DNA of 64,000 bases from Pocillopora damicornis (Eukaryota). The number at the start of each line of letters is the position of its first letter. Position 1 is the first letter of the stretch. The notes beneath the pieces are model-generated. The model did not search any database. It worked only from the letters and a program-made list of their open reading frames with translations, and was not told the DNA's origin. Both the position numbers and the translations under genes were made by a program. The DNA is taken from the NCBI RefSeq assembly GCF_003704095.1, contig NW_020846063.1:1-64000 (forward strand), written 5' to 3'. Positions 13,428 to 25,970 of the stretch are shown piece after piece.

Positions 13428-14855
13428 GGATTTCTGTGGTTTAAATCATTCATGCATTTGCAAACATCTTTGCATGTTAATGCCAGTAGCACAGAAACAA
13501 CAATCCCTGCTTTGTTGTGCAGGCTTCTTTTTGGAGTTTCTGTCTGCATTTTGTAAGATACAACCAGCATTCATGCATTTACATGTAATATAGTAAAAAG
13601 TGCCCTGAGTAGTAAAACTGTATGTCTTATTTAAGATTCCCCTGAAAAAAAGAAAATCATACCCTACTTGGCGGAATACACCAGTCATGGTAAAATATAG
13701 AAATGCCTTAAGAAAAAAGCTTTTGCATTAAAAATATTACAGCAAAATGGAGAGTACTTTTAATTTTCTTAAAATATCAATTAATGGATTCTCTTGGTAT
13801 GAGCATATAGCTGACCAAGAAGACCAAACAACTGCTGATAAAAAAAGGAAACAACAACAAAAGTTACCATCAACTCTCAACAAATGGACTTATTTTTAAT
13901 GGACACTCTCGTAACCGGACACTTCCACTTACAGACACTTTCTTCAATTCCTGTTTGTGTTCATATATGATGGAGTTGACTGTATAAACCCAGAGTTTAT
14001 TTTTTTAAATGCACATATATGCACCTGACACTTGATTCCTATCCTACTTTTGGCAGAATACGGGACTTGAGAAAAAAATCGAAAAAACAAAATAAACAAC
14101 TAAGAGGAGGGAAAATTTAAAAAGTGATCGAGGAATCAAGTTGCCAACCGACCCAAGAAATCCGAGAAGTCCACTCCACTGGTATAATTTTCTGAAGCTT
14201 GGTTACCCTCACAAGCGCGGTTACCAAGTTTGATGTTGAAGTTTATGATGAGTTCTGATCGTTCGATCGTTCGCAGAAACAAAAGATTATCGTCTGGTCA
14301 AGGATTTACATTAGTTGAGACCTAGCTTGTCGTGGCGGTGGAAAGGTATAGGCTTACTTTGGAATAAATTAAGCATAATGTTTGTTCTCTAGGGGACCAA
14401 ACCGTGTTGATCCTGTTTCATGTCGGCTTCCCTTTTGTAGGACTGCATGCGTTTGCAATTTTTGGAAGGCTGATAAGTCGCGATTTATTTCACCTCCTGT
14501 AACAGTGAGGTAGTGGACCGTTGTCGTCTCAGAACACACAAAAGGAGAAAAGAAACGAACACTGACAATGTTGAATTTAATCAGTGTTGATTTCAACCTA
14601 AGCTTGGTCATATACTCCAACTCCACTCACTTCCCGCCTTCGATGCTGAATGATCAATTTTATGCACTAGGAGAGGTTGCTTTCTAGTAACCAACATTGC
14701 AAGGGAGAGTAAAGTGAAGGATTGCGAAAGCTTTTACAGGGATTGGTCAAAATTTGATGTTTTCATGAACTGCCCAGTTACCTACATGTAATCATGTTGA
14801 AGTTTGTTTATCAGAACACTATCGTTTTATCAGTCCACTCTTAATTGCAGATCCC

Positions 14856-17271
14856 ATGAACCTGTCATTTGCAGGCTGTGGTTTTCTTGGGGTTTACCAC
14901 CTTGGAGTTGCAACTTGCCTAACATCGCATGCTCCACAGTTTTTAAAGAATGTAACAGCCTTTGCAGGTGCTTCAGCAGGGTCACTTGTTGCTGCAGTGC
15001 TAGCAACATCAGCTCCACTGGACAAGTGTTCAGATTATGTCATAGAACTTACTCATGACGCTCGTAGACACCCTCTGGGGCCTTTTAATCCCCAGTTTGA
15101 CTTGGTTGGGAGTTTAAGAAAAGGACTTGAACTTTATCTTCCTTCAAATTCCCACCGAATTGCTTCAGGAAGGCTTTTTATTTCTGTGACCAGTCTAAAG
15201 GACAGAAAGAATGCAATTCTGTCTGAGTTTGATTCCAAAGAAGACTTAATTCAGGTAATACATAATTGATAAAAATGGCTAAGGTCTGGTATGAGTTAAT
15301 GTAAAGGAGCATTATTGGTGAGGAAGCAGTGAGAAATTCAGAAACTGCCCTATAGGCATAGCAAAGTGAAGTAGAGTACAAAGAATTTGAAATGCATTCT
15401 AAAGCTGGTGAGTTTAGTTGCTATTAACCCTTTAACCCCTAATGCACCAGTCAATGTAAACTCCCACACCCCCCAGCCGCGACATAGCAGGGCATTTGAC
15501 AAGCGCTCACTTCTAAAGTTGCAAAATGCCCCGGACCCCAAGGTCAGGTTTTTCCTCTAATTAATTAAATGTGATTGATTCAATATTAGCTTTGAAAGGA
15601 TCTAAGGTAGAAATATTTACAACATTACATTTAGCTGCTGAAGGAGGGAAACCTTAAACCAGTTTAAAGGCCTCCTGGTATATTTTTATGAAGTCCTTGT
15701 CAGTTTAAAATAAAGACTGCTAAATTTTTGATGAATAGTGTTTAGTTATGCTAATTGGTGGTACATTTTTCCCAATGTTCATAAAGAAAAGCAGCACCCC
15801 TGATTTGTTATGAAAATTTTATGAAGAGAGGTTTATCTTATAGGCCTGTGTTATGGTAATTTAATAACCTGTGTATGAGTTACTTAAACTAGCACATGTC
15901 TCTCACAAAGTACAATTAAGTTTTAGACAGCCATGACCCTATTATGGAAATGTTATTCAACTGTACTCTCTGTAGAGAACCAAACCTTTGTATTCTATTA
16001 GTTGCTCTTCTTTAAGAAATGAGACTCCTTGCCTTGTATTCATGCTCTGTTACAATACATGTGCACATAGTGTACTTACTAGTAAAGAAACTTCTATAAC
16101 AGGCCACATTGAATTAAAGATTGAAGTAATGATTTTCCTTCTCTTTCTGCTTCTGTTAAGGTTTTGCTGGCAAGTTGTTATATTCCCTTCTATGCTGGAC
16201 TGAGCTTTCCCAGATTCAGAGGTCAGGTAGGGTATTTTGGTTTGCCTATTTCTTTGCATTGTTATTTTAACCCTTTAACTCCCAAGATCTGATTGTCAAT
16301 TCTCCTCACTAGCTGCTACTCATTTCCTTGTAAATTTGTTATGAGAATTTAGTGTTAAATCAAGATGACAACTTCAACCTGATAATTCTGAGTATTCTCA
16401 TTACCTTTTTGCTAGATAATGTATAGATATGATAAGGAGAAGTTGCGTGTTAATCACTTGTAGGAGTTAAAGGGTTAATTTGCAGTTTTCTTACATACAC
16501 TGTTATTAAAATGATCTCTTTTGAATATTACAGAGCTCATTAAACAAAATTAACCAGTCCCTTTATTAAAAACAAGAGCAGATTCCAGTTAACTTAAATT
16601 TACATACCAATCAATTTAACCCTTTCCTCCACCNNNNNNNNNNNNNNNNNNNNNNNNNNNNNNNNNNNNNNNNNNNNNNNNNNNNNNNNNNNNNNNNNNN
16701 NNNNNNNNNNNNNNNNNNNNNNNNNNNNNNNNNTTCTCATAACATTAATGTTTGATTTAACAGTGCTACAGTAAAGAGAAATTAGATATTAGTCACTCTC
16801 AGGGTTTAAAAGAGTTAATTAAGACTCTACTACTGTACCACGATACCACTTCTCCCGCCGTGTGACAAAGGGTAAGGTTTTATCCCAAGGTTTATACAGG
16901 TAACCTCTGCATGTATCTCGTTTTCTCTGCAGAAATGGGTAGACGGTGGACTTAGTGATAATTTACCAAGGCTTCCGTTCGGCCGAACTATACGTGTATC
17001 TCCATTCAGTGGTAATGGTAATGATATATGCCCACAAGACGAGTCTCGTGGTTTTACTGACGTCACTTTCCATAATATGAATGTCTACGTAAATAGAGAG
17101 AATCTTCAGAGAGAGTTGCAGATATTTATTCCTCCCAAGAAAGATGGGATTGAGAGTTTAGTGCAGTTAGGTTTTAATGACACTCTGAGATTTCTGCGAA
17201 AGGAGAACTTGTGCAATTATTCAGTGAAACCTCTTTCTCCAACTCTTCCCATGAAACATTTTCATGAATAG
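14856..17271 (+). CDS. PNPLA4: Patatin-like phospholipase domain-containing protein 4 (GS2-type), 3 coding exons, ~267 aa
   Basis: Exons 14856-15254, 16161-16226, 16933-17271, joined by phase-0 GT-AG introns. NLSFAGCGFLG glycine-rich loop, GASAG nucleophile elbow, VLLAS..P.YAG, QKWVDGGL catalytic Asp, GRTIRVSPFSG. The short, patatin-only length fits PNPLA4 better than PNPLA2/3. Confidence 0.9.
16267..16478. mobile_element. ~210-bp TTAA-flanked MITE
   Basis: ttaaccctttaactcc ... ggagttaaagggttaa terminal inverted repeats. Confidence 0.85.
16616..16818. mobile_element. TTAA-flanked MITE spanning an assembly gap
   Basis: ttaaccctttcc...(100 N)...agagaaattagatattagtcactctcagggtttaaaagagttaa; same family as 12622-12832. 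Confidence 0.6.
16634..16733. other. Assembly gap (100 N)
   Basis: Run of N. Confidence 1.
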
Positions 17272-18371
17272 TGCCGTGTTCTAGTTGAAATAACTGACTG
17301 TCACCTTTGTTGTCATTTTATTGTCGTATCCCTCCAAATCGAAATTCAATTGATGTATAGTTTTTACTTAAGACAGTACTTTTCAATTGAGATCAGGTTG
17401 GTGGTACTCTGGCCTGAGTTTTGAAAATCTATTCTTATCTGGGATATTGCCCACATGCCTCAACGAAGATGTTTTGATAATAATTGTTATTATATTACTA
17501 TCGATAATGATATTGGCTCAATCCTTTTATCATTCCCAAGTCCCTTTTAATTCTTGCCGGATTAGTCGATGTGTGGTTATGGAGATCAGGAAGTGTCGCT
17601 GTACAGTGCGGGAAGAATGCATACAAAAATTTTATGCTGGTGTTTTTAGCCTGTTTTAGAGGGTTGTTGGTTTGACTTTTTTTATTTACACGCACCATAT
17701 ACCACTGGTGTCAGGGAAATTAAGCCTTGATTAGAGTGTTTTATGGTTGGAGTTAGGCGGCCGTGGATGAGCAGTATGTTATGACTCAGACAATAACCCA
17801 AGAACAGTGTGTTACACAATGCAGTATATAAATGAAAGGTTATTTATTTTATTACTTGTTTAATATTCTAATCTATTGGTTTACGGTTAGAAGTTTTGAT
17901 AAATTTGAAGTGAGAACTAAATCTGTTATTTTAGTGTTCATTCATCTTTTTTATGTCGTGGCAATGGGTTGCCGTTTACTTTATTGTTATGTTATGTTAA
18001 ACAACACTCTTTGTGTTGTTGATATCTTAAAGTTATACAGCATTATTTTAGTCATCACTGCAACTTGCGTGTCGCTTCTTGTTCTCGTCTTCCTTGTGAA
18101 TTTCGTTTGTTAACTCCTTTAGTGCCAAGGTCCGCCATAGTACATGTATAAATGGAATTAACTTGACCAGAAAGATTCTGTATTTACATGAAGAATAAAA
18201 TGTTATAGGTTTTAGATTTTCACCTCCGGCTGAAGACTAATAGACCCGTTTCAGTCTTGGGGCAGATCGTTAGTTTACCGCTGGATGGAGGAGTTGCCTT
18301 AAAAGGCTCCAGATTTCGTAAAACTAAAGCTATAATGTACCTTGATGTCTCGTCAGCTTTCATTTCGTATC

Positions 18372-18880
18372 TCTGTGCAATGACCCACTTTTCAGCGCGT
18401 TACTAGACTTGCCATCGAGAGGTCTATTCGAAGCCAGGTGGGTTCCTTTCGTTGTGCGCATGGTGAGACACTTTACCCTCGCAGTTCCTCTCTCCAACCA
18501 CGAGTGTAAATAGAAGCCAGATAGCTGTTGGAAAGACTTGAAGAGATGCAGGGGGTAATCTGTGATGGGGTGGTATTCCATCCTGCAAGAGTTATTAAAC
18601 TCTCAATCGCTCCTGTAATCGTTTAACCCCCAAGAGTGACTAGCATCAAATTTCTCCTCATAATATCCATCCCGAATCACACACAATAGGTTAAAAAAAT
18701 AACTGAAATGATCGCCAGCTAAATGAGTTCGTGATTGTTAGACAAATTCTCCTTAACAGCTCCTTAGGAAAAGCTTAGAGGTCGGTATGGAGAATATACT
18801 TACTGAAGTTAGGGTGTAAATGGTTAATAAAAGAAAGACCAGTAAGCCTTCTGGATAGATGAGCCGCTCGGCTCGTGTTC
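18372..18880 (+). mobile_element. Degenerate SINE-like repeat with nested TTAA-MITE (18623-18827)
   Basis: gagacactttaccctcgcagttcctctctccaaccacgagtgtaaat resembles a CORE-type SINE central domain; related fragments at ~50020-50220 (+) and ~52030-52180 (-). The nested MITE has ends ttaacccc ... gggtgtaaatggttaa. Confidence 0.5.
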
Positions 18881-18909
18881 AGACTCTACCATCTTTTCAC
18901 GTTACATAG

Positions 18910-19191
18910 GCTTGGTATGATGGTGGTTTTACTGATAACCAGCCCATTCCTTCGACGGGGTCGACCATCAGAGTATCACCATTTGGCGGGAACAGTGAGA
19001 TCTGTCCGCGAGATGAATCGTACGTCTTTACTGAACTGAACTGGAGGAAAATGCACGTTTATGTTAACAGAGAAAACATGAACAGGGGAAGACACGTTTT
19101 CTACCCACCCAGGAAACGACACTTGTCTGAACTATTTGCAAATGGCTATGGTGATGCCTTACAGTTTGTCAAGGAGAATCGCTTGACTTGA
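18910..19191 (+). CDS. PNPLA4: Duplicated alternative terminal exon of PNPLA4 (93 aa, intact DGG catalytic motif)
   Basis: Acceptor catcttttcacgttacatag| in phase 0, then AWYDGGFTDNQPIPSTGSTIRVSPFGGNSEICPRDESYVFTELNWRKMHVYVNRENMNRGRHVFYPPRKRHLSELFANGYGDALQFVKENRLT*. Colinear with exon 16933-17271. Confidence 0.8.
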   Translation, partial: AWYDGGFTDNQPIPSTGSTIRVSPFGGNSEICPRDESYVFTELNWRKMHVYVNRENMNRGRHVFYPPRKRHLSELFANGYGDALQFVKENRLT

Positions 19192-20993
19192 TGCAATCTG
19201 ATGTGTTATGGTACCAGCTGATTGAAGCAGTTTCCAAATGAATGTCGACAAGCAAAATTAAAGTTATCACAGTGACCAATCAGAACCAAGATTATCATCA
19301 TCATCAGCCAATGAGGACTCAAAATTCGCATGTGGGGAAGGGGATCTAAGGGGAGGGCGCTTGGGGCGCGAATTACCGTGCGAATGGATCCCTCCCCCAC
19401 CCTCTTGGGTAGTTCTGTCAACGATTTTGAATGTTTTGGCCGAGAAACAAAAATTGTAAATTGATTGCAATTTTCAATTTTTCAATTTTTAGACTTCCGT
19501 CGAAAACAGAAAAACTAAGCCATGCCACAGACTGCAACATTGTCGGAAAAGCAAAATTGCCGCTCAGTATCATTTTTCTCTTTATTGTTGACAGGATTAA
19601 AGTAAAAATATAAGTTATGTTTCAATATTCTATCAAAAGGAAAAAAGTCCAAAATTTTTGATTCGGCACTTTCGTATTTTTTTATGATAAAAAATAACGA
19701 AAATCAAAAATTGACATCAATTTTTTCTTTTTTATTTTAAACGAAAATTGAATGGACGAATGACACACGGACCGTTCACGCATTAATGCAAACATATCTC
19801 ATCAAAAAAAGCGTCGTAAGCACAGTTATAGTTTTACTTTTCACGTATGGTTTTTTCAATGGAAAATCGATCATCCTTTCTCAGTAACCGTTAATTGCAT
19901 TCGTGTCATTTGGACGAAAATTACTTTTCAGGCGATTGTATGTATCTCCGATAAGCACAGCGCTCTATTTCCTGTCAAAGTAATTCAAACCTTTTTTTTT
20001 TTAAACATCAAATGATTCCACTGAGTTGTGTTTCAAACAGTAAGGCGTCGTAAATACTTCTGTAAATCAGGTGAATGCTATTAAACAACGGATCACTATG
20101 AGTTACTCATACAGAAGAGAAGTAATTTCGTACCCATGTACAAGCTGCCGCCATACTGTTAATCTCACTGAGAACCAAATATTGTTAAGATAAGCTAGTT
20201 AAGGGCAACGGGATCTCTTGAAAATGAATCTTAAGTAGGAGAGCAATTATCAACGCTACCTATTTAATCGAGAAAATATACTTTCGCACGCACTTTTCAT
20301 CGCTGAGAATCACTTTGATAGAACGCTTTGGTAATGTCCAAGTGGTAACTTAACGACCTAAAAAAAAAGTTTAAATAACTAAAGACTGTCCATACTACAT
20401 CGCAAGCAGTATTTAACAATCTTTTCGAACCGCCAAGGGACAACCATAACTTTACCCTTTCTAGAAAGCTTACAAAAAAAAAATTAAGTATTTATCAGGG
20501 AAACGTTGACGGGTACAAGCTGCAAAGCGTCTTTCTTCGTCTTTGTTTTGGCTCAAAGATCGAGAGAGTCTTTTGTTCTTTTAAGCTCGCTCGATCAATT
20601 ATTGATCGATAGGATGCTCAATTATCGACGTTTTTGCTATGGACTTAATGCTTATTAGAGTCAAAAACCCATTACTGTTTATATTTGTCGACATTTTTAT
20701 TGAAATCCGACGGAGATAAATAACTTCCACGCCTGCGCAGTAACGGGGAAATCACCAGGAGGTAAGGAGTGGCATATCATCAACAAACTTATTTGAAAGT
20801 CCTAAGGCGTTAATTTGTTGGCAAATGTAAGGAATTATTTATATACAATTCTAGTATGAAAATGCATTTAAAAAAGCGCTGTAAGAGAGGTGTAATAGCC
20901 ATTCAATCACATTTGTAGGAGCTTTCAGACTCCGCGTGGCTCTCTGCCTACAAAATTCATCGAGAAGGAATCGGTTACGCTTTAAAAGAACAG

Positions 20994-21914
20994 ATGACTA
21001 CACATTCTCACAACAATACTTCCAGTTCGCTAAACGCAACTAGTTTGGAGAAACTGAGCATGTGTCGAGTAAACTTCGATCTGGCAGAAAAGATTTGTTA
21101 CACCTTTCTCTCTCTCGCATGTGGTATTCTTGCAGTTGGAGGGAACTTGGCCTTACTTGTAGCTCTCAACCGCACGTCAATGGTTGGCCCCCGTGTCAAT
21201 GACTATTTCATTGGTTCACTTGCATTCGCTGACTTCATGATCGGTCTTACCCTGACACCGCTGTATGCTTGCTACGTCCTGGTTTCTGTTGATTTGTGGG
21301 TTGTAAAGCTCGAATCCTTTCTTTGGATCGTGACAGTTACAGCCACCACGTACAGCTTGATCGCAGTAAGTATCGACAGGCTGATTTCAGTCGTATATCC
21401 TCTACGTTATCATCAATTGATGACTGACAAACGTTGCCGTCTCGCCATCGTCTTGATTTGGTTTGGATCCCTTATTTTTGGATTTCCAAGGCTTGTTATT
21501 GATGACTATAAAAAGTTAGAAAGGCTCTGGATCTCTTGTTCTGTTACCACAGTAGCTATTCCTTTGATAATATTGTGCTTGTGCTACGGTAAAATCTTTT
21601 GTGTTGTACACAAACAGAATCGAGCTTTAGCCCCCTCCAGGTTGTCGACAGCAGGTGTTAGAAATAAGAAGGCCGTTAAGACAATTGGAATAATTGTCAG
21701 TATGTTTATCGTAACATTTACTCCAAGCGCTGTTGTGTATTTTTTGCTTTTATTCGAAAGTGATTTTTGCCAGCAGATGATACTGAATCATGCGTGGATT
21801 TGGGTGGCATTTGTATCATTCACCCATTCTGCATTCAATCCTTGGGTTTATGGACTTCGATATGAAGAAATGCGAAACTCTTTAAGGCACTCTTTCGTGA
21901 ATAGTCACATTTAG
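20994..21914 (+). CDS. Intronless class A (rhodopsin-like) orphan GPCR, 306 aa
   Basis: GN (TM1), SLAFAD (TM2), SIDRL...YPLRY (TM3), W4.50, KKAVKT, FNPWVY (NPxxY). Confidence 0.93.
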   Translation: MTTHSHNNTSSSLNATSLEKLSMCRVNFDLAEKICYTFLSLACGILAVGGNLALLVALNRTSMVGPRVNDYFIGSLAFADFMIGLTLTPLYACYVLVSVDLWVVKLESFLWIVTVTATTYSLIAVSIDRLISVVYPLRYHQLMTDKRCRLAIVLIWFGSLIFGFPRLVIDDYKKLERLWISCSVTTVAIPLIILCLCYGKIFCVVHKQNRALAPSRLSTAGVRNKKAVKTIGIIVSMFIVTFTPSAVVYFLLLFESDFCQQMILNHAWIWVAFVSFTHSAFNPWVYGLRYEEMRNSLRHSFVNSHI

Positions 21915-23702
21915 CTAACAATCATGGACTACAGTTCTGTTTGTTTTTGTATGCAAATAGATTATAAAGTAATTATAATGATTGTTGTGTTGCATCGCCA
22001 AAGATGTCTATTTGCACTGAGATGCTACTGAAAAAATATAAACCCATCTATATCAAATATTATCTTAGCATGAAGACATAACTGTTACCATGATCTAATA
22101 AATACTCTTCTATCAAAAAATGTTTTGTTCTGGCACAAATTGAAATGAACGAGATCATTACAAGTTGTTCCTTAATTAAGAATTGCATTTTGTTTCATTT
22201 TAATAAACGTTTGGCAGACTTCCAGCAGTGTCCTCGTTAAACAACTGTCACCTTCATTAGAAGAGAATTCGGTTTCATCAACTGAGCTAGTTTTTCATGA
22301 ACAGAAATAGAAAGTGAACTATTTTAGGTAAAGAAAAGGAAGCCGTGTTTCCCTTATCTCGAACTTGATGTTACGTAATTTTCACGTTTAAGAGGATTTT
22401 CCTTGTCTCAACATAAACTCTAAGATTATCAAGTACGATGACTGTAATAATAATGAGTTTAGTCAATATATAGTTGATCGTTGAATAAAAGACGGAATAT
22501 AGAAAGCAGCGAAGAGTCAGTGTCCACCGACTGAGCCATGACATGAATACACACAATTCTCCTGATCTGGTATGAAAATTTTATCTGGTGGCTGACGGAC
22601 ACTTACGTGCTTTGCAATGCGATAAAAGGAATGAAGAAACTTAACTACGATTTAATGGTGACTTTCCATGTTTTATTTGGAAAATGCCTTGCGGAAGACG
22701 TCTTAACACAAGTAAGTCTTTTCCTCATTAGACTACACCCTCTTAATATCCGGTATTGAAATAAACTTTTCTCCCCAGCAGGATTTAGTTTAAAGTTAGA
22801 TAAATCAATAAGGAGTTTTACATCATATCCATTTGTCATTAACAAGCTGGCAGCACCTTAATCAAAATGTTTTCAGTTATGCTCAGGATATTGCTGAACA
22901 ATGGAAAAAAAAGGTTGAGATCATAATTTTAATACACTATGAATTTGCAAACAAACTATGGAAATGTGGTTTCAGACTAGTGATATTGAAAACACACAAT
23001 GTACAACAATTCTGCGAGTATATTTACTCAGTATATTTACTGTCGCCGATCATTACAAATGAAATGAAGTTGTCATCATAAGGTGTTTCTAATATTCGGA
23101 ATCGCTTGAACCTTTTTGAAGAAATTTGGTGAAAATTTCTGACTACTGGGCATTTCTTTTAGGACCGTGCCTTGCTATGGAACAATTAGTAACAGCTTAT
23201 TTAATTTCCCTTATGCAGTCATCACCATCTAAACAAATCAAGAGTACCAACATGACAGTCTCTTTCCAAGAGTGTTTTCAAAAACTGTTTCGGTTGAGTA
23301 GGTACATAATTGATATAGCCGTAAACCCAGTGGGAGCCGCAAGGAAAAGTGGTGTCAAATTACTTATAGGCAAGATGTGATCATGAAATATTCAAGACTT
23401 TAAGACAATCTAAACACATACATCAATTTCTCATAGGAAAGTTTTCTAGCTGAGGGGTACACATTTGTTCCTCAAGAATCTAAGTCAGATTTTGAAAAAA
23501 GTATTTTTATTTACAAACCAGTATTGTTCGAAAACTGAACTTCCCTGTGGCTGACATGTAGACAGTTTGAAAGCCTTGGCGTCAATCTTCGAAAATAACA
23601 CAAGGTTCAGATGCGGCGGAAACATCGGTTATGAATGACAGTCTTTCCCAGGACTCCTATATTGCTGACCGCACGTAATGATAGAAACTAGCTTATTTTT
23701 AT

Positions 23703-24602
23703 TCACCAAAAAGCCTTGCACTTTTTGCCAAACAATTTTTTAAAATCTTTTCGTAACTCTCCATGTCTGAATCCATAAACCCACGGATTGAAAGCAGAGT
23801 GGTAGAACGATACCAGCGCGACCCACAGCCATGAGTTGTTGAGTTCATACTCCGTGCAGACATCATCCTCAAATAGAAGCAAAAAATAAACAACAGCGCT
23901 CGGCGTGAAAGTCACAATAAAGAGACAAACTATTATTCCGATGGTTACTGCAGCCTTTTTGTTGACCAAACCTTCCCTTAGGGCATTAGGATTGTTGATG
24001 ATATCGCCATTTTTTTCTCTAACGATGGTAAAAATTCTCCCGTAGCTATAGCACATGAAGAGCAAGGGAACTGCTACAGTTGCAATAGAGCAAGCAATCC
24101 ATAACTTTTCTAGTTTTCGGAAGTCATTAATGAATAGTCTTGGTGAACCAAATATGACAGATCCCAACCAAATGAGTAAGATGCTCACAGTGCAACGTTT
24201 CCTAGTTATAATCTGATGATAGCGCAGTGGATAAATAACGGATATCAGCCGGTCAATGCTCACAGCACTTAAGCTATGCGTCGTGGCCGAAGTTGTCACA
24301 ATCCAAAGAAAGCCTTCGAGCTTGACGAGCCATCGCGGTTCAAAAGCGACCCCGTAGCATATGTATAACGGTATAATCGTTAATCCTATCATCAGATCAG
24401 CCACAGCCAACGAGACAACAAAAGTGTTATTCATTTTTTCCCGGACCGTTCCACAATAACGAAAAATCACCAGAAGTGTCAAATTTCCTCCTATGGCCAG
24501 AAGTCCACAGATGGAGCAAAGGAAGACGAAGATGATCGACTGAAGCTTGCCCAAGCCATAGAAACATTTCTTGGACTCGCAGTCTTGACAATGTCCATCC
24601 AT
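23703..24602 (-). CDS. Intronless class A orphan GPCR, 299 aa; paralog of 20994-21914
   Basis: GGNL, SLAVAD, SIDRLISVIYPLRYHQ, TFTPSAVVYFLLLFE (identical to the neighbour), HSAFNPWVYG. Confidence 0.93.
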   Translation of the reverse strand: MDGHCQDCESKKCFYGLGKLQSIIFVFLCSICGLLAIGGNLTLLVIFRYCGTVREKMNNTFVVSLAVADLMIGLTIIPLYICYGVAFEPRWLVKLEGFLWIVTTSATTHSLSAVSIDRLISVIYPLRYHQIITRKRCTVSILLIWLGSVIFGSPRLFINDFRKLEKLWIACSIATVAVPLLFMCYSYGRIFTIVREKNGDIINNPNALREGLVNKKAAVTIGIIVCLFIVTFTPSAVVYFLLLFEDDVCTEYELNNSWLWVALVSFYHSAFNPWVYGFRHGELRKDFKKLFGKKCKAFW

Positions 24603-25758
24603 GTCAGTTGACTTGTTTGTGTGAGAGAAAAATTAAGATTTAGCTATCTTAGACTAAAATTCGCAGTTGCAGCGAACCATTAGTTTAATAAACAAAAAAC
24701 GCCTACGATTCCAAAAAACTTTCCCAACGATTGTCAATATTCCAACAGCAACACGATCCCAAATGCCATCTATCTGTCTAGTAACATATTAAAGCTCAAT
24801 TATTTCAGCATCCTTAAAAAAAGTTATTAAAAATTGGAAATGAAAAACAATAATTTCGGTTGCAGCTGATAAAACAAAGCTGCACCTCTACAATTTTCGT
24901 TCAATTTCCCAAGTTCCAAGGCAGCGAGGTAAACATTTTAGATTTATTAACACTCCACACCAGTCAATTTATTCGCGTACGAATGCGTGAAACTGGCTGC
25001 CTAAATTTAGAGGTAGCCAAGAACTGACAATTTTGTAATTTAATAGATCTGGACCTTGATGCGAAGTCAAATTGAATGAATCAATGTAAAGTAAACTTCT
25101 GTGTCATAAAGAAAACACGATGTATTTTAGTTATGTTCAGTTGTTTACAAAAGACATTTGAAAAAAAAATGTGGATCGTCATCATGTTTCATTACGTCCA
25201 AATTCTAACGGCGCTAACAAAGTAATATTCCAAGCAGCTCTCCCAATTACAAACTAAAAGGGCATCCGATGGCATTTCATGAGCTCTGCTCGAGGTCTGT
25301 TTTAAAGGACGCAAAGTGATTGCAGCCAATGTGATCATCATTATTCGCAATTTTTTGAACCGATGACTCCCCCGCGGTTTCTGACTTTGGCCAAGGTTCC
25401 GCTGTACATGGAAAGACACGAATTCACCAAAGTTCATCGTTCCTCGAGATTTCCAAGCAGTCGAAGAAAACGTTCACGACACGATCAATTTTATCAAGGT
25501 TGTTACAGACGTAAATAATGACAAATATTACTGTGTGGGGGATGTCCCATATTTTGCGCTCAGCATATCTGAGTTTTAGCTTCCTCACACCCAGGTTCCC
25601 GAGGGTTATAATCACTGCGGAAAAGACACAAGTAGGAAGGGAAGAAGAAAACATGAAGGTGGATATAAAAATGCTAATCGGGCACAAAAAATTAAATGTA
25701 TATCATAAGAGGAAGTGCCATGAGAAACACGGAAACAAAATGAGAGACAAAGGTGACG

Positions 25759-25970
25759 TTAACCCCTTACACCATAAAATCAGTATGTATTTTCTCCACA
25801 CTGTTTTCTATACATTTTCTAAAGTGCTGACAAGGAGAATTTGTTTAACAATCAAGAGCTTCTTCAGTTGACGATCATTTCTTTAATTCTCATGACCTTG
25901 ATGTGTGATTCAGTGGGGATACTGTAAGGAGAAATTAGATGCTAATCACTCTTAGGGGTTAAATGGTTAA
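25759..25970. mobile_element. ~210-bp TTAA-flanked MITE
   Basis: ttaaccccttacacc ... ggggttaaatggttaa. Confidence 0.8.

Noticed and set aside
20994-24602. Opsin hypothesis for the GPCR pair (Glu at 3.28, like the rhodopsin counterion)
   Set aside because: Position 7.43 is Phe, not the retinal-binding Lys.
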